62,657 bases of DNA from assembly GCA_964545165.1 (NCBI GenBank), contig CAZJEQ010000006.1, positions 1-62,657 on the forward strand, written 5' to 3'. Of the stretch, positions 21,727 to 35,061 are shown piece by piece; position 1 is the stretch's first letter, and each line of letters starts with the position of its first letter. The notes under the pieces were generated by a model, which was given only the letters and a program-made list of their open reading frames with translations, made no database searches and had not been told where the DNA came from. The position numbers and the translations under genes are program-made. The stretch is from an uncultured Candidatus Saccharibacteria bacterium. Lineage in GTDB: Bacteria; Patescibacteriota; Minisyncoccia; Phycocordibacterales; UBA2100.

Positions 21727-23433
21727 CTACCCCTGTTTGTGGAGACGGGCAAGCTGCCCTGTTAACAACTTTGACTCCTCCATAAGCCGCTCTACCTCGG
21801 CATCATCCCCGCGTCGCTCGGCCTCCTGGAGCGCTTCGGTGAGGGCTTTCATCTCACGAGCGAGTCGATCCCCTGCCAGGATGGCGAGGAGGGTCGTGGC
21901 CTCCTTGGCGACAGACTCTGCGCCCGCATACAAAAGCTCCGCGGAGAAGCGCATCGCCTCATGCTCGGTCTGCGGCAGCGCCGCGAAGGCATCGAATGCC
22001 GGCTGCCCGATCGCGATAATCAAATCGGCACGATATTGTTTGAGATTGATCGAAGGCTTCGGCATGCTCTCTTGGGAGATCAGAATCGAATACGCGTGTC
22101 GCGCGCGCTCGAGTGATTCGGGCGTCGCCGTCTTCTTCTCTGGAGCGGCCACGCGCGGCGACATATCGCCGGCACGCGGTACTTTGGCAAATGCTTCGGC
22201 GACTGCGCCATCAGAGACCTTGAGCCGCTGCGCAATCTCGCGGATGTAGTGCTCGCGCGCGATCGGGCTCTGTACATCAGAGAGAAATGGGAGGACCACC
22301 GCCTCTACCGTGCGGCGCAATTGATCCGGGCTCTTGGCATGGTCCTCGAGCACATCGAGGAGGAAGGTAATGATGTCTTTGCTCTCGCGAATCGCCACGC
22401 GCCACGCCTCTGTGTCTTCGAGGATGAGATCCGCCGGATCTTTGCCGCTCGGCAATCGTGCGACCTTCACATTGAGCCCACCCTGAAGCGCGGCGCGCGC
22501 GGCACGGCCCGCTGCTTTGATGCCCGCCTCATCGGCATCGAGTGCGAGCACGAGATTCTCTGTCATACGCTTCACCAGCGAGGAATGCTCCTGGGTAAAA
22601 GCTGTGCCCGAGACGGCGAGGGTGTTGGTCCAGCCCGCTTGGTGGCTCGCGAGGAGATCCATCTGCCCTTCGACGAGGATGGCGAAATTGTGCTTGCGCA
22701 TCTGCATCTTGGCGCGGTCGAAGCCGTAGAGAATGCGAGATTTGTGGAAGAGCGGCGTCTCCGGGCTATTCAAATACTTGGGAGCATCGGGCGAGGCCTT
22801 CTCGCCGAAGATACGGCCCGAGAATCCCACGATGCGGCCCGCACTGTCGCCTATGGGGAACATGATGCGATTCCTAAATTTGTCGATGAGGCCACCGCGC
22901 TCCCCCTTTTTTGCCAATCCCGCTTCGACAATCTCGTGATCGGTAAACTTCTTGGATTTGAAATAATCGCTCGCCTCGCTCCAGCTGTCTCCCGTGAGCC
23001 CGAGCCGGAATGAGGTAATGGTCCCCTCCTCCATGCCACGATTCTTGAGATACTCACGAGCTTTATCGTCGAGACGGGATTGATAGAAAAGCGTCGCGAC
23101 TTCCATGAGCTCCAGCAAACGATCGCGAGAATCCTTCTCTCCCGGCCGCTCATACACGAGCGGGACGCCCGCGCGCTCGGCAAGCACTTTGAGCGCGCCC
23201 TTGAAATCGAGCCCTTCGATCGCTTCGACAAAGGTAAAAATATCGCCACCGACCCCGCACCCAAAACAGTGATAGGTGCCGCGCTCAGCGGATACATGGA
23301 ATGACGGCGTCTTCTCGGCATGAAAGGGGCAGCGCGCACGCAGCGAGGTGCCCGCGCGCTCGAGCTTTACATAGCTCCCCACCACGTCCACCACAGAGAG
23401 CCGGTCTTTGATTAACTGCACAGTATCGGCCAT
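21727..23433 (-). CDS. dnaG: DNA primase
   Basis: Zinc-finger CPFHAEKTPSFHVSAERGTYHCFGCGVGGD. TOPRIM region ILVEGQMDLL...ALDADEAG. Confidence 0.93.
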   Translation of the reverse strand: MADTVQLIKDRLSVVDVVGSYVKLERAGTSLRARCPFHAEKTPSFHVSAERGTYHCFGCGVGGDIFTFVEAIEGLDFKGALKVLAERAGVPLVYERPGEKDSRDRLLELMEVATLFYQSRLDDKAREYLKNRGMEEGTITSFRLGLTGDSWSEASDYFKSKKFTDHEIVEAGLAKKGERGGLIDKFRNRIMFPIGDSAGRIVGFSGRIFGEKASPDAPKYLNSPETPLFHKSRILYGFDRAKMQMRKHNFAILVEGQMDLLASHQAGWTNTLAVSGTAFTQEHSSLVKRMTENLVLALDADEAGIKAAGRAARAALQGGLNVKVARLPSGKDPADLILEDTEAWRVAIRESKDIITFLLDVLEDHAKSPDQLRRTVEAVVLPFLSDVQSPIAREHYIREIAQRLKVSDGAVAEAFAKVPRAGDMSPRVAAPEKKTATPESLERARHAYSILISQESMPKPSINLKQYRADLIIAIGQPAFDAFAALPQTEHEAMRFSAELLYAGAESVAKEATTLLAILAGDRLAREMKALTEALQEAERRGDDAEVERLMEESKLLTGQLARLHKQG

Positions 23434-23439
23434 GGAGCC

Positions 23440-23445
23440 ATTATG
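23440..23445 (-). promoter_or_regulatory. -10 box CATAAT, 6 nt before dnaG ATG
   Basis: Minus strand gcgCATAATggctccATG, just downstream of the terminator hairpin at about 23462-23500. Confidence 0.45.
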
Positions 23446-23519
23446 CGCTCGTATGCGTTAAAAGGAAAAGGGGACGCGACAGCCGTGCCGTCGCTCCCCT
23501 TTTGCTGTGGCCACCTGGC

Positions 23520-23951
23520 CTAGATCTCAATGCTTGCGTTGGCAAGGTCGCGGAAGGCGTACTCGAAATCATCGACGACGACCTGCGCTCGGCCGGCCAT
23601 CGACTCACACGCCAGCCTCAACCCCTCCTCGCCACCGAAGAACTCGCGCGGCTTCATGTGCCTGAGCTCGTATCGCGCAACCGCAATCGCGATCTCGCCG
23701 CACCGCGCGACGAAGTCGCTGTCGGCTGTGCCGGTGGGTCGCATCGGACTGGTCTCGCGAAGACACCGCACGAGCTCGTCCTGGCTGACGCCGTGCTGCT
23801 GCATGAACGACGCGACATCACTATTCCACGCAACCGTCAAAAAGCGGTGCCCGTCGGCGACCAGGCGCTCGATGACCGCCTGTGCAATGCGATCCTGCCG
23901 CGTGCCGTGGAATGCCACGTGCGCTGCGACGCCGGCTGTTGCTGTATCCAT
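23520..23951 (-). CDS. hypothetical protein (143 aa) inserted between rpoC and dnaG
   Basis: SD caGGAGGGagtacATG. Own promoter TTGACC-17-TAGTAT (about 23985-24013) and own terminator (about 23462-23500). Confidence 0.65.
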   Translation of the reverse strand: MDTATAGVAAHVAFHGTRQDRIAQAVIERLVADGHRFLTVAWNSDVASFMQQHGVSQDELVRCLRETSPMRPTGTADSDFVARCGEIAIAVARYELRHMKPREFFGGEEGLRLACESMAGRAQVVVDDFEYAFRDLANASIEI

Positions 23952-24077
23952 GTACTCCCTCCTGTAAAAAATGGACGGTTCCTCGTCCAGCTGCCGCGCA
24001 TACTAGCCGCACGGCTCTCTGCGGTCAACAAACAAAAACCGCCCTTTCGGACGGTTTTTGTTTGTTGCGAGGAGATG

Positions 24078-27791
<3,714 letters not shown>

Positions 27792-27809
27792 AGGTGTGTC
27801 GTTATGCGG

Positions 27810-30800
27810 TTAAAGGGCTGGTTTCTCTTCCATAAATTCGATGTCGATACCGAGACCACGCAAGTGACGTACGAGGACGTTGAAGGTCGCTGGCGTATTG
27901 GTCTCTTGAATGCGTTTGCCGGAGACGATGGCATCGAAGGCAGCAGAGCGTCCCAAGATGTCGTCGGATTTGATCGTGAGGATTTCGCGGAGTGAGTAGG
28001 CAGCACCGTAGCCGAGGAATGCCCACACTTCCATTTCGCCGACGCGCTGACCACCGTTTTGCGCCTTGCCGCCGAGCGGCTGCTGCGTGGTGAGCGAGTA
28101 GGGTCCGATTGAGCGCATGTGAATCTTGTCTTCGACCATGTGGTGAAGCTTCAACATGTACATGACGCCGACGGATACGGGCTGTGCGAATGCTTCGCCG
28201 GTGCGGCCATCGAAGAGCACGCGCTTGCCGCCTGCGTCGACACCTGCTGCGGTGAGCTCGTCGCGAATTTCTGCTTCGGTTGCGCCTGCAAACGATGGCA
28301 CAACAGCCTGATAGCCGAGCATGTCTGCCGCGAGACCCAGGTGCAATTCGAGAATCTGACCGAGGTTCATACGTGATGGCACGCCGAGCGGGGTCAAGAT
28401 GATGTCTACCGGATTACCGTCTTTGTCGAACGGCATGTCTTCTTCTTTGAGGATGCGTGAGATGACACCCTTGTTACCGTGACGACCGGCGAGCTTGTCG
28501 CCCACTGAGATCGTGCGGAGCTGTGCGACTTCGATGTGCACGCGCTTGATCACGCCGGACTCGAGCTGGTCGCCAGTCTCGCGCGAGAATACCTTCACGC
28601 CGATGATGCGGCCGCGCTTACCACCTTCCATGCGGAGCGATGTGTCTTTCACATCCTTAGCCTTTTCGCCGAAGATGGCGTGCAAGAGGCGCTCTTCTGG
28701 GGTGAGCTGGGTCTCGCCTTTTGGCGTTACCTTACCGACGAGAATGTCGCCCGGGCGGACTTCCGCACCGATGCGCACAACGCCGTCCTCATCGAGGTTG
28801 CGGAGTTTGAATTCAGAAACGTTGGGGATGTCGTGGGTCGTGACTTCAGCACCGAGTTTGGTGTCGCGAACGACGCAGACGAATTCCTCCATGTGGATGG
28901 ATGAGAATTTTGCATCCTTGGCCATGCGCTCGGAGATCACGATAGCGTCTTCGAAATTCGCCCCGAACCACGGGAGGAACGCGACGCGAACGTTTTGACC
29001 GATCGCGAGCTGTCCGCCGACCGAGGTCGAAGTATCAGCGAGGACGGTACCCTTCTTGACGCTGTCGCCAGCGGAGACCAGCGGACGCTGGTGGAAGGTC
29101 GTGAAGCCGTTGGTGCGAGAGAAATTGACGAGGCGGTATTCCTTGGTCTTGCCGTCGTCGTTTTTGACCTTGATCACCTGCGCATCAGCGTAGGTCACTT
29201 CACCTGCCTCTGCGGCTACGATGAGACGGCCAGAGTCCTTGGCAGCAGCGCCTTCGACGCCGGTGGCAACGACTGGTGCTTCGGGGACCACGAGCGGGAC
29301 GGCCTGCTTCTGCATGTTTGAACCCATGAGTGCACGGTTGGCGTCGTCGTTTTCCACGAACGGAATGAGCGAGGTCGCGACAGAAAATGGCTGGTTGGTA
29401 GCAACCTCCATGTATGCCACGTCTTCACGCTTTACGAGTGTCGGCTTGCCGTGATGGCGCACTTCGATGAATTTCTCGACGAGCTTGCCCTCTTCGTCAC
29501 GGGCGACAGCGGCGTGCGCGATCGCATGCTGCTCTTCTTCGAGCGCATTCAAGTACTCAATATTTTTGGTGATCTTACCCTTCTCGACTTTGGCATACGG
29601 CGTCTCGATGATGCCGAATTCATTCGGACGAGCATAGAGCGACATGTGGAGCACGAGGCCGATGTTTTTACCTTCTGGGGTGTGAATCGGGCAGACACGA
29701 CCGTAGTGCGAGGAGTGCACGTCGCGCACTTCGAGACCGGCTCGCTCCGAGGTGAGACCACCACGGCCGAGCGTCGAGAGGGTGCGAAGGTGCTCGATTT
29801 CGTCGAGGGTGTTGTACTGCTGCATGAGCTGCGAGAGCTGGTCGGTCGTGAAGAATTCACGAATCGCCGCCTGGAACGGACGCGGATTCACGAAGGTGAC
29901 CGGTGCGGTCGTCTCGGCATCTACCATCGCCATACGGTCCTGGATGTTGCGCTTCATACGAGAAAGACCGACGCGCATGCGCTGTTCGAGCAACTCACCC
30001 GCGAAGCGGACACGGCGGAAGCCGAGGTGGTCGATGTCGTCTGCCTCACCGTGCGGATCGGCATTCAGCTCACAGATGTGCGTGACGATGCGCACCACGT
30101 CTTCGAGCGTAAGTGTCTGCTGCGAGACATCCTTCTCACCGGTCGAGAGACCAAAGCGACGATTGAAGTGGAAGCGGCCGACCTTGGAGAAGTCGTAGCG
30201 CTCAGCTGAGAGGATGGCATTGACGTGATCGCGCGCATTCTCGGGTGTGGCGATGTCACCATCGCGCAAACGGCGATAGATCTCGACGAATGCCTCATCG
30301 AGTGAGTGTGCAGGGTCGGCAGCGAGGGTCGCAGCCATCGCATCACGGGCAGGACCCGACGCAAATTTGGCCATGATGGCCTTGTCGTCGGTCAGGCCCA
30401 AGACGCGGAGCAATGCCGTGACGGGAAAACGGCGCTTGCGGTCGATTTTGACGTATACACCACCATCAGCGTCGGATTCGATTTCGATCCAGACACCGCG
30501 TGCGGGAATGATTTTGGCAGCGAAGTAGTTTTTGCCCTTGTACGGGATAGCCTCGAAGAACACGCCGTATGAGCGGGCGAGCTGCGGCACGATGATGCGC
30601 TCAACACCATTGATGATGAACGTGCCGTGCGCGGTCATCCACGGGAAATCAGCGAGGAAGATCTCCTGCTCCTTCTCCTCCCCGGTCGTTTTGTTCTTCA
30701 ATTTGACGACCATCGAGAGTGGCGCCTCATAGGTCTTCATCTGCTGCTTGGCGTAGTGCTCATCCCAGCGCAATTCGCCAAAGGTAAATTTCACGAGCTT

Positions 30801-30986
30801 GAGCTCGAATTTCTTGCCCGAGTGATCGGAGATGGGAGAAAACTCTTTGAAGACGCGCTCGGCGCCGCCTTCAACGAAATCTGTAAACGATGCGATCTGT
30901 GACTCGACGAGCGAAGGAAGTTTGACGAGCGGCTCTCGGTGACGACCGAAGTATTTCTGCGGTCGCACGGCTTTTGTTTTTGCCAT
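27810..30986 (-). CDS. rpoB: DNA-directed RNA polymerase subunit beta
   Basis: 1058 aa. Conserved GDKLAGRHGNKGVIS, NLGQILE and EMEVWAF motifs. Confidence 0.97.
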   Translation of the reverse strand: MAKTKAVRPQKYFGRHREPLVKLPSLVESQIASFTDFVEGGAERVFKEFSPISDHSGKKFELKLVKFTFGELRWDEHYAKQQMKTYEAPLSMVVKLKNKTTGEEKEQEIFLADFPWMTAHGTFIINGVERIIVPQLARSYGVFFEAIPYKGKNYFAAKIIPARGVWIEIESDADGGVYVKIDRKRRFPVTALLRVLGLTDDKAIMAKFASGPARDAMAATLAADPAHSLDEAFVEIYRRLRDGDIATPENARDHVNAILSAERYDFSKVGRFHFNRRFGLSTGEKDVSQQTLTLEDVVRIVTHICELNADPHGEADDIDHLGFRRVRFAGELLEQRMRVGLSRMKRNIQDRMAMVDAETTAPVTFVNPRPFQAAIREFFTTDQLSQLMQQYNTLDEIEHLRTLSTLGRGGLTSERAGLEVRDVHSSHYGRVCPIHTPEGKNIGLVLHMSLYARPNEFGIIETPYAKVEKGKITKNIEYLNALEEEQHAIAHAAVARDEEGKLVEKFIEVRHHGKPTLVKREDVAYMEVATNQPFSVATSLIPFVENDDANRALMGSNMQKQAVPLVVPEAPVVATGVEGAAAKDSGRLIVAAEAGEVTYADAQVIKVKNDDGKTKEYRLVNFSRTNGFTTFHQRPLVSAGDSVKKGTVLADTSTSVGGQLAIGQNVRVAFLPWFGANFEDAIVISERMAKDAKFSSIHMEEFVCVVRDTKLGAEVTTHDIPNVSEFKLRNLDEDGVVRIGAEVRPGDILVGKVTPKGETQLTPEERLLHAIFGEKAKDVKDTSLRMEGGKRGRIIGVKVFSRETGDQLESGVIKRVHIEVAQLRTISVGDKLAGRHGNKGVISRILKEEDMPFDKDGNPVDIILTPLGVPSRMNLGQILELHLGLAADMLGYQAVVPSFAGATEAEIRDELTAAGVDAGGKRVLFDGRTGEAFAQPVSVGVMYMLKLHHMVEDKIHMRSIGPYSLTTQQPLGGKAQNGGQRVGEMEVWAFLGYGAAYSLREILTIKSDDILGRSAAFDAIVSGKRIQETNTPATFNVLVRHLRGLGIDIEFMEEKPAL

Positions 30987-31192
30987 TGCTTATGACACGC
31001 CTCTCCCCCTTCCCGTCAGGGGCGATGCATGTGATTAGTTATGAACACTCTCTTAAATAAAAAATTCGGCTGGTCTGGGAAACCTTCCGATTTTTGCTCG
31101 ATAAAGCGGCCGTAACACAATCGAGGAGCAAATGTCAAACGAGTATATCGGATATCCCCAGGACCGTCAAGCTAAGCCCTAAAAAGGTGGTG

Positions 31193-31228
31193 GAGGCGGG
31201 GGTCCCGTGGGACTCCCGCCTCCTTATG
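31193..31228 (-). terminator. terminator after DUF218 gene
   Basis: Minus strand GGAGGCGGG-agtcccacgggac-CCCGCCTCC, followed by accaccTTTTT. Confidence 0.65.
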
Positions 31229-31231
31229 GCG

Positions 31232-31759
31232 TCAGAACTCGCCCTGCTGTCGGAGCCGCGTGAGCCAGGCAAGGTAGTGGGGCCGCACCCAGCGTGAGGC
31301 GATGAGCGGCGTCAGGATGCCGAGCAGGAGATCGATCTTGACCTCGCTCGGCCGAGGCCGCCCGAGCATCGATCGGACGTGCACGGCACGGATGCCGCGT
31401 GCGAGGTATCGCACGCGTCGATAATGGAAGCGCGTCGAGACGATGAAGAGTTTCTCCACGTGCGCGTCACCATACCGACGGATGTGATCGATCTGTTCGA
31501 TGGTCTCGAAGCCTTTCTGAATGAACGTCCGCGGGAATTCAGGAGCAAGCTTATCCAGAACCCGGTCGTACGTTTGAGCCTCAGACTCTGCACTCCCCTT
31601 TCGCTTGAAGGCCGTCACGATCAGGAATCGCGGATACTCGGACTGGTATCTGCGCGCTAATGCAGCGGCGAGCACGAGGCTTTGATACCAGTCCTGCTCT
31701 TCTTCCGTGCCAATTCGTCCTTCGGGGAAGGGACTTTTTACAATGATCGCAATTATCAT
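31232..31759 (-). CDS. DUF218/YdcF-like protein
   Basis: 175 aa, SD AAGGAGGGcccATG. ETIEQI...FIVSTRFHYRRV resembles the DUF218 core (assigned from memory of the family). Confidence 0.55.
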   Translation of the reverse strand: MIIAIIVKSPFPEGRIGTEEEQDWYQSLVLAAALARRYQSEYPRFLIVTAFKRKGSAESEAQTYDRVLDKLAPEFPRTFIQKGFETIEQIDHIRRYGDAHVEKLFIVSTRFHYRRVRYLARGIRAVHVRSMLGRPRPSEVKIDLLLGILTPLIASRWVRPHYLAWLTRLRQQGEF

Positions 31760-31884
31760 GGGCCCTCCTTTTCTTTTATGGGCTCCGATGCAATCTCACT
31801 TGAAAACGGTTACTGCGTCAAGCGCTGTTGAAAAAGAAGAAGGGCGCCGCACAGCGACGCCGCTCCAGGTTCTAGGGCCACGCC

Positions 31885-32070
31885 CTAGCTTTCTTCGTCG
31901 TACCAGGAAGGCTCCCTGGTTACTCTTTGGTCTGGCAGGGGGGTGCCAGTAAAGAACGCGACATCTGCCCTGCTAAGCACGCTCGGCGCCTGTCCAAAAG
32001 CGGCGACGTCGAGCGTTGGGATACTTCCGTTGCCGTTTTTGCGCGGCTTGTCGGATTCCCTGTTACTCAT
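31885..32070 (-). CDS. hypothetical small protein (61 aa)
   Basis: A weak SD (AGGGAG, 10 nt upstream), but followed by a hairpin plus T-run terminator at about 31835-31870. Confidence 0.4.
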   Translation of the reverse strand: MSNRESDKPRKNGNGSIPTLDVAAFGQAPSVLSRADVAFFTGTPLPDQRVTREPSWYDEES

Positions 32071-32151
32071 CTTGTCTTGTCTCCCTCTATCTACTCACAT
32101 GCCGTACGGTATACGTACGACCACGCCACGATACGCCGTCTGGAAGCGGCG

Positions 32152-32220
32152 TCAAATGTTCATGTATGAGCCCGCGCGCTTCTTCGTTTTCCACGCTTCC
32201 ATCTCGGCATGATTGACTCG
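32152..32220 (-). pseudogene. displaced duplicate of the trmD 3' end
   Basis: The minus strand encodes VNHAEMEAWKTKKRAGSYMNI*, versus the trmD C-terminus GNHAEMDKWKNEKRGK*. The nucleotide core ccatctcggcRtgattg is shared with 32816-32833. Confidence 0.7.
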
Positions 32221-32270
32221 CCATCAAAGCGCCTGTAGAACGAACACAATCCTTACAAGGAGTGTTCCTG

Positions 32271-32729
32271 ATGGAAGAGAAGGAAGCGGTGCTGGCACTC
32301 GCCGTAGATGAGGCGATGGTCGCATGGAAAGAGAAGTTTGGTTACCTGCTCGAAGGTCGCGACGATACGCTCCTGGCTTCGACAATGAAGGAGACGATTC
32401 GCGGCCTCACAACGATGTGTGCGCAACAATGGACGGAGGTGACAGCACGGCGCAGCAGGCTGCTCGACCTGTGTCAGTTTTCCAAAGATCGGGATCTGCG
32501 TCTGCTTGAAGACATCTTCGAGCTGACGCGGACTCTCGACAAGCTGAAGCGCGCGCGTCTGAAAGAGCAGGCGGGACTGTTCCCCAAAGCACACAGCGAC
32601 GCCCGGAACGCGACAATCGCAATGTACGACGAACTCGCGACGACACATCTCGCGCAGCCATTCGTACTCGTCGGCGTGAGCGGTGACACGGCGATCGCCT
32701 TGGTCCGCGCACTCGCACCTCCTCAGTGA
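32271..32729 (+). CDS. hypothetical protein (152 aa) carried between the two trmD 3'-end copies
   Basis: AAGGAGtgttcctgATG. Helical and charged. Terminator hairpin at about 32744-32785. Confidence 0.6.
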   Translation: MEEKEAVLALAVDEAMVAWKEKFGYLLEGRDDTLLASTMKETIRGLTTMCAQQWTEVTARRSRLLDLCQFSKDRDLRLLEDIFELTRTLDKLKRARLKEQAGLFPKAHSDARNATIAMYDELATTHLAQPFVLVGVSGDTAIALVRALAPPQ

Positions 32730-32783
32730 TCCGACTGAGCTATAGGGGCCTTCGCGTTAGTCGCGCGGAGGCCTTTTCGTTTT

Positions 32784-33437
32784 TTACTTACCGCGTTTCT
32801 CGTTTTTCCACTTGTCCATCTCGGCGTGATTGCCCGAGAGGAGGACGGGTGGGACTTTGTATTTCTTTTTCTTCCATTCGAGAACTTCGGGGCGCGTGTA
32901 GACATCGGGGCTCGAGACGCGTGAGGCTTCGAGCGATTCGGCCTTGCCCAAGACGCCGGGGACGAATCGTGCAATCGCATCGATCATGGTCGCCGCAGGC
33001 AATTCCCCTCCGGTGAGTACAAACGGGCCGACGGTGACTTTCTTGGCTTTCAAAATCTTGGGGACGCGCGCATCCACGCCCTCGTAGCGGCCGCAGATGA
33101 GGAGAATGTCTTTTTTCTTGGCGAGCTTCTGCGCCATCGCCTCATCGAATTGCGCCCCATCGGTGGCAAAGAATATCTTCTCTGCACCTTTCTTCTTGCC
33201 GATTGCCTTCTGTGCGGCGAGGAGCATGGGCTCCGGGCGCATGACCATACCAGGGCCACCACCATAGGGGCGACGATCGACACGCACATCCTGTGTGCGT
33301 GTGGAGCTCACAAAATTCTTCGGATCGTAGAATGACACCTTCACGAGCTTCTTCTCCTGTGCTTTGCCAATGATCGACGTCGCCAGGTATGGCTCGATCG
33401 ACTCGGGAAAGAGCGTGATGATATGGAAGTGGATCAT
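32784..33437 (-). CDS. trmD: tRNA (guanine37-N1)-methyltransferase
   Basis: IITLFPE, RVDRRPYGGGPGMVM, ICGRYEGVDARV, LTGGELPA: TrmD SPOUT signatures. Confidence 0.93.
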   Translation of the reverse strand: MIHFHIITLFPESIEPYLATSIIGKAQEKKLVKVSFYDPKNFVSSTRTQDVRVDRRPYGGGPGMVMRPEPMLLAAQKAIGKKKGAEKIFFATDGAQFDEAMAQKLAKKKDILLICGRYEGVDARVPKILKAKKVTVGPFVLTGGELPAATMIDAIARFVPGVLGKAESLEASRVSSPDVYTRPEVLEWKKKKYKVPPVLLSGNHAEMDKWKNEKRGK

Positions 33438-33485
33438 AAACTTCGGGTATAGGCACCTCTCGAGCGAAAGGTGCCGAACCAGAAA

Positions 33486-33854
33486 CTACATTTGACCTGA
33501 TTTGAGATCAGAGATGACGTCGTCGACGGTGGTGTCGCGGACGTACGGCTCAGATGGCGCATCAGACGCACCGCTTCCCTCGCCCATCTCACTGCGGCCA
33601 CCCTCCGGCTCTTCGATCTTGAGATTGACGCGAGCGTCGTTTTTCATACCGACAACACGCAGGACGGTGCGGATCGCCTTGGCGGTGGCGCCCGAGCGGC
33701 CGATGACCTTGCCCATGTCGTCCTTGTGGACGGCGAGCGTGAGGAGCACGCCCATCTCGTCGACGGTGCGCGTGATTTTTACATCGTCCGGATTATCTAC
33801 CAATGCTTTGACTACGAATTCCAAAAACTGCTGATCGCGTTCCATAACTGTCAT
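33486..33854 (-). CDS. khpA: KH-domain RNA-binding protein (KhpA/YlqC family) with C-terminal extension
   Basis: LEFVVKALVDNPDDVKITRTVDEMGVLLTLAVHKDDMGKVIGRSGATAKAIRTVLRV. Lies in the conserved position between rpsP and trmD. Confidence 0.85.
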   Translation of the reverse strand: MTVMERDQQFLEFVVKALVDNPDDVKITRTVDEMGVLLTLAVHKDDMGKVIGRSGATAKAIRTVLRVVGMKNDARVNLKIEEPEGGRSEMGEGSGASDAPSEPYVRDTTVDDVISDLKSGQM

Positions 33855-33910
33855 TCAATCGTTATCGTAATATCCACACTGTACAAGGATGTGCAGGGCG
33901 GGTCAATCAT

Positions 33911-33948
33911 AAAACCAGAGATCCCCTTGCGGGGATCTCTGGTTTTTT
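33911..33948. terminator. bidirectional terminator after rpsP
   Basis: AAAACCAGAGATCCCC-ttgc-GGGGATCTCTGGTTTTTT. Followed on the minus strand by TTGACC-17-TACAGT. Confidence 0.8.
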
Positions 33949-33958
33949 GTTTTTGAAT

Positions 33959-34411
33959 TTAGGCCTGCTTCTCAGCGTCTGCCTCTACCTCCATCGCCTC
34001 TTCGCGAGCTTCCGGATTCGGGCTCTCGATGGCGTCTTCTACGGCAGTCTCAGGAGTCGCTTCAGTGACAGCGCCGATGACTTCCTCTGCAGGAGCCGCG
34101 GCTGCTGCCGGAGCTTCAGCCACCTCTTCCTTGGCAGGCTCGACGAACTTCGGAAGCACGTTGATCTTCTTGCCGCCGATGATGCCGAGCGAAACGAGCA
34201 TGTTGTGCATGGTGTCAGAGGGCTTGGCGCCGACCGACATCCAGTACTTCACACGCTCCTCGTTGAGCGTGCGCTCCTTGGACTTCGGATTGTAGGTGCC
34301 GACTTTCTCGACAAATTTGCCTGCCTTGGGACCGCGAGCATGCTCCGTGACCACGATGCGGTACGCGGGACTATTGATGCGGCCAATGCGCTGTAAACGA
34401 ATCTTTAACAT
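33959..34411 (-). CDS. rpsP: 30S ribosomal protein S16 with Ala/Glu/Pro-rich C-terminal extension
   Basis: MLKIRLQRIGRINSPAYRIVV...YNP. 150 aa, versus about 80-90 aa typically. Confidence 0.93.
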   Translation of the reverse strand: MLKIRLQRIGRINSPAYRIVVTEHARGPKAGKFVEKVGTYNPKSKERTLNEERVKYWMSVGAKPSDTMHNMLVSLGIIGGKKINVLPKFVEPAKEEVAEAPAAAAAPAEEVIGAVTEATPETAVEDAIESPNPEAREEAMEVEADAEKQA

Positions 34412-34420
34412 GTGTGCGGT

Positions 34421-34426
34421 ACTTTA
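34421..34426 (-). promoter_or_regulatory. -10 box TAAAGT (TGc-extended), 9 nt before rpsP ATG
   Basis: Minus strand cTGcTAAAGTaccgcacacATG. Confidence 0.45.
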
Positions 34427-34452
34427 GCAGGATTCCTTAGAAAATCAAACCC

Positions 34453-35058
34453 TTAGCCCCGATCGTCATTTGAGATACATGCCCAGGTAATGCACGCCGC
34501 CTCATCCAGACTCAACTGCCAGGTACCATCTGTGCAGCTGCTCGCTGGGGGCTGGTCCCCGGGTTGCGTACAAATATAGCCATACGGACTCACGCTCGGG
34601 ACAATGATTCCCCCACCACCTCCACTGCCGCCTGCGGATGGGAGCACGGACGGAGTGCTCGACGTAGCAGTCGCGGTCGAGGTCGTCGCGGTGGCGGTAG
34701 CTACGGATGTAACGACAGACGATGCGGTAGGTACGGGCAATGCAACACATTTCAGAGCCGCGCGCGTCTTGGGCCCCGTCGTGCCGGCACCCTCTGCCTT
34801 TGCAGTGAGAACGATCTTTTTAGAGATCTGCCAGGCGACCAATTTTTGTTTCGTCATCGCACCGAAATAGCCGGTCTGCTCGACGCCAAGCACCTGCTGC
34901 AGCTTCTTTACATCATCACCGCGCGAGCCGACGGTGAGCGCGCGGGTAATGGTGACGCAGGATGTGGGTGCCAGGGCAGCAGGCTGCACCGGCGTCGAAG
35001 TCGCTCCTCCAAATGCAGAGAGTACGGCGGCGGCGAGAAAGGAGAGTCCTGTTTTCAT
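34453..35058 (-). CDS. secreted peptidoglycan-binding-domain protein
   Basis: Signal peptide, then the PG_binding_1-like repeat GSRGDDVKKLQQVLGVEQTGYFGAMTKQKLVAWQ, then a Thr/Ser/Ala-rich linker. Confidence 0.7.
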   Translation of the reverse strand: MKTGLSFLAAAVLSAFGGATSTPVQPAALAPTSCVTITRALTVGSRGDDVKKLQQVLGVEQTGYFGAMTKQKLVAWQISKKIVLTAKAEGAGTTGPKTRAALKCVALPVPTASSVVTSVATATATTSTATATSSTPSVLPSAGGSGGGGGIIVPSVSPYGYICTQPGDQPPASSCTDGTWQLSLDEAACITWACISNDDRG

Positions 35059-35061
35059 TGA

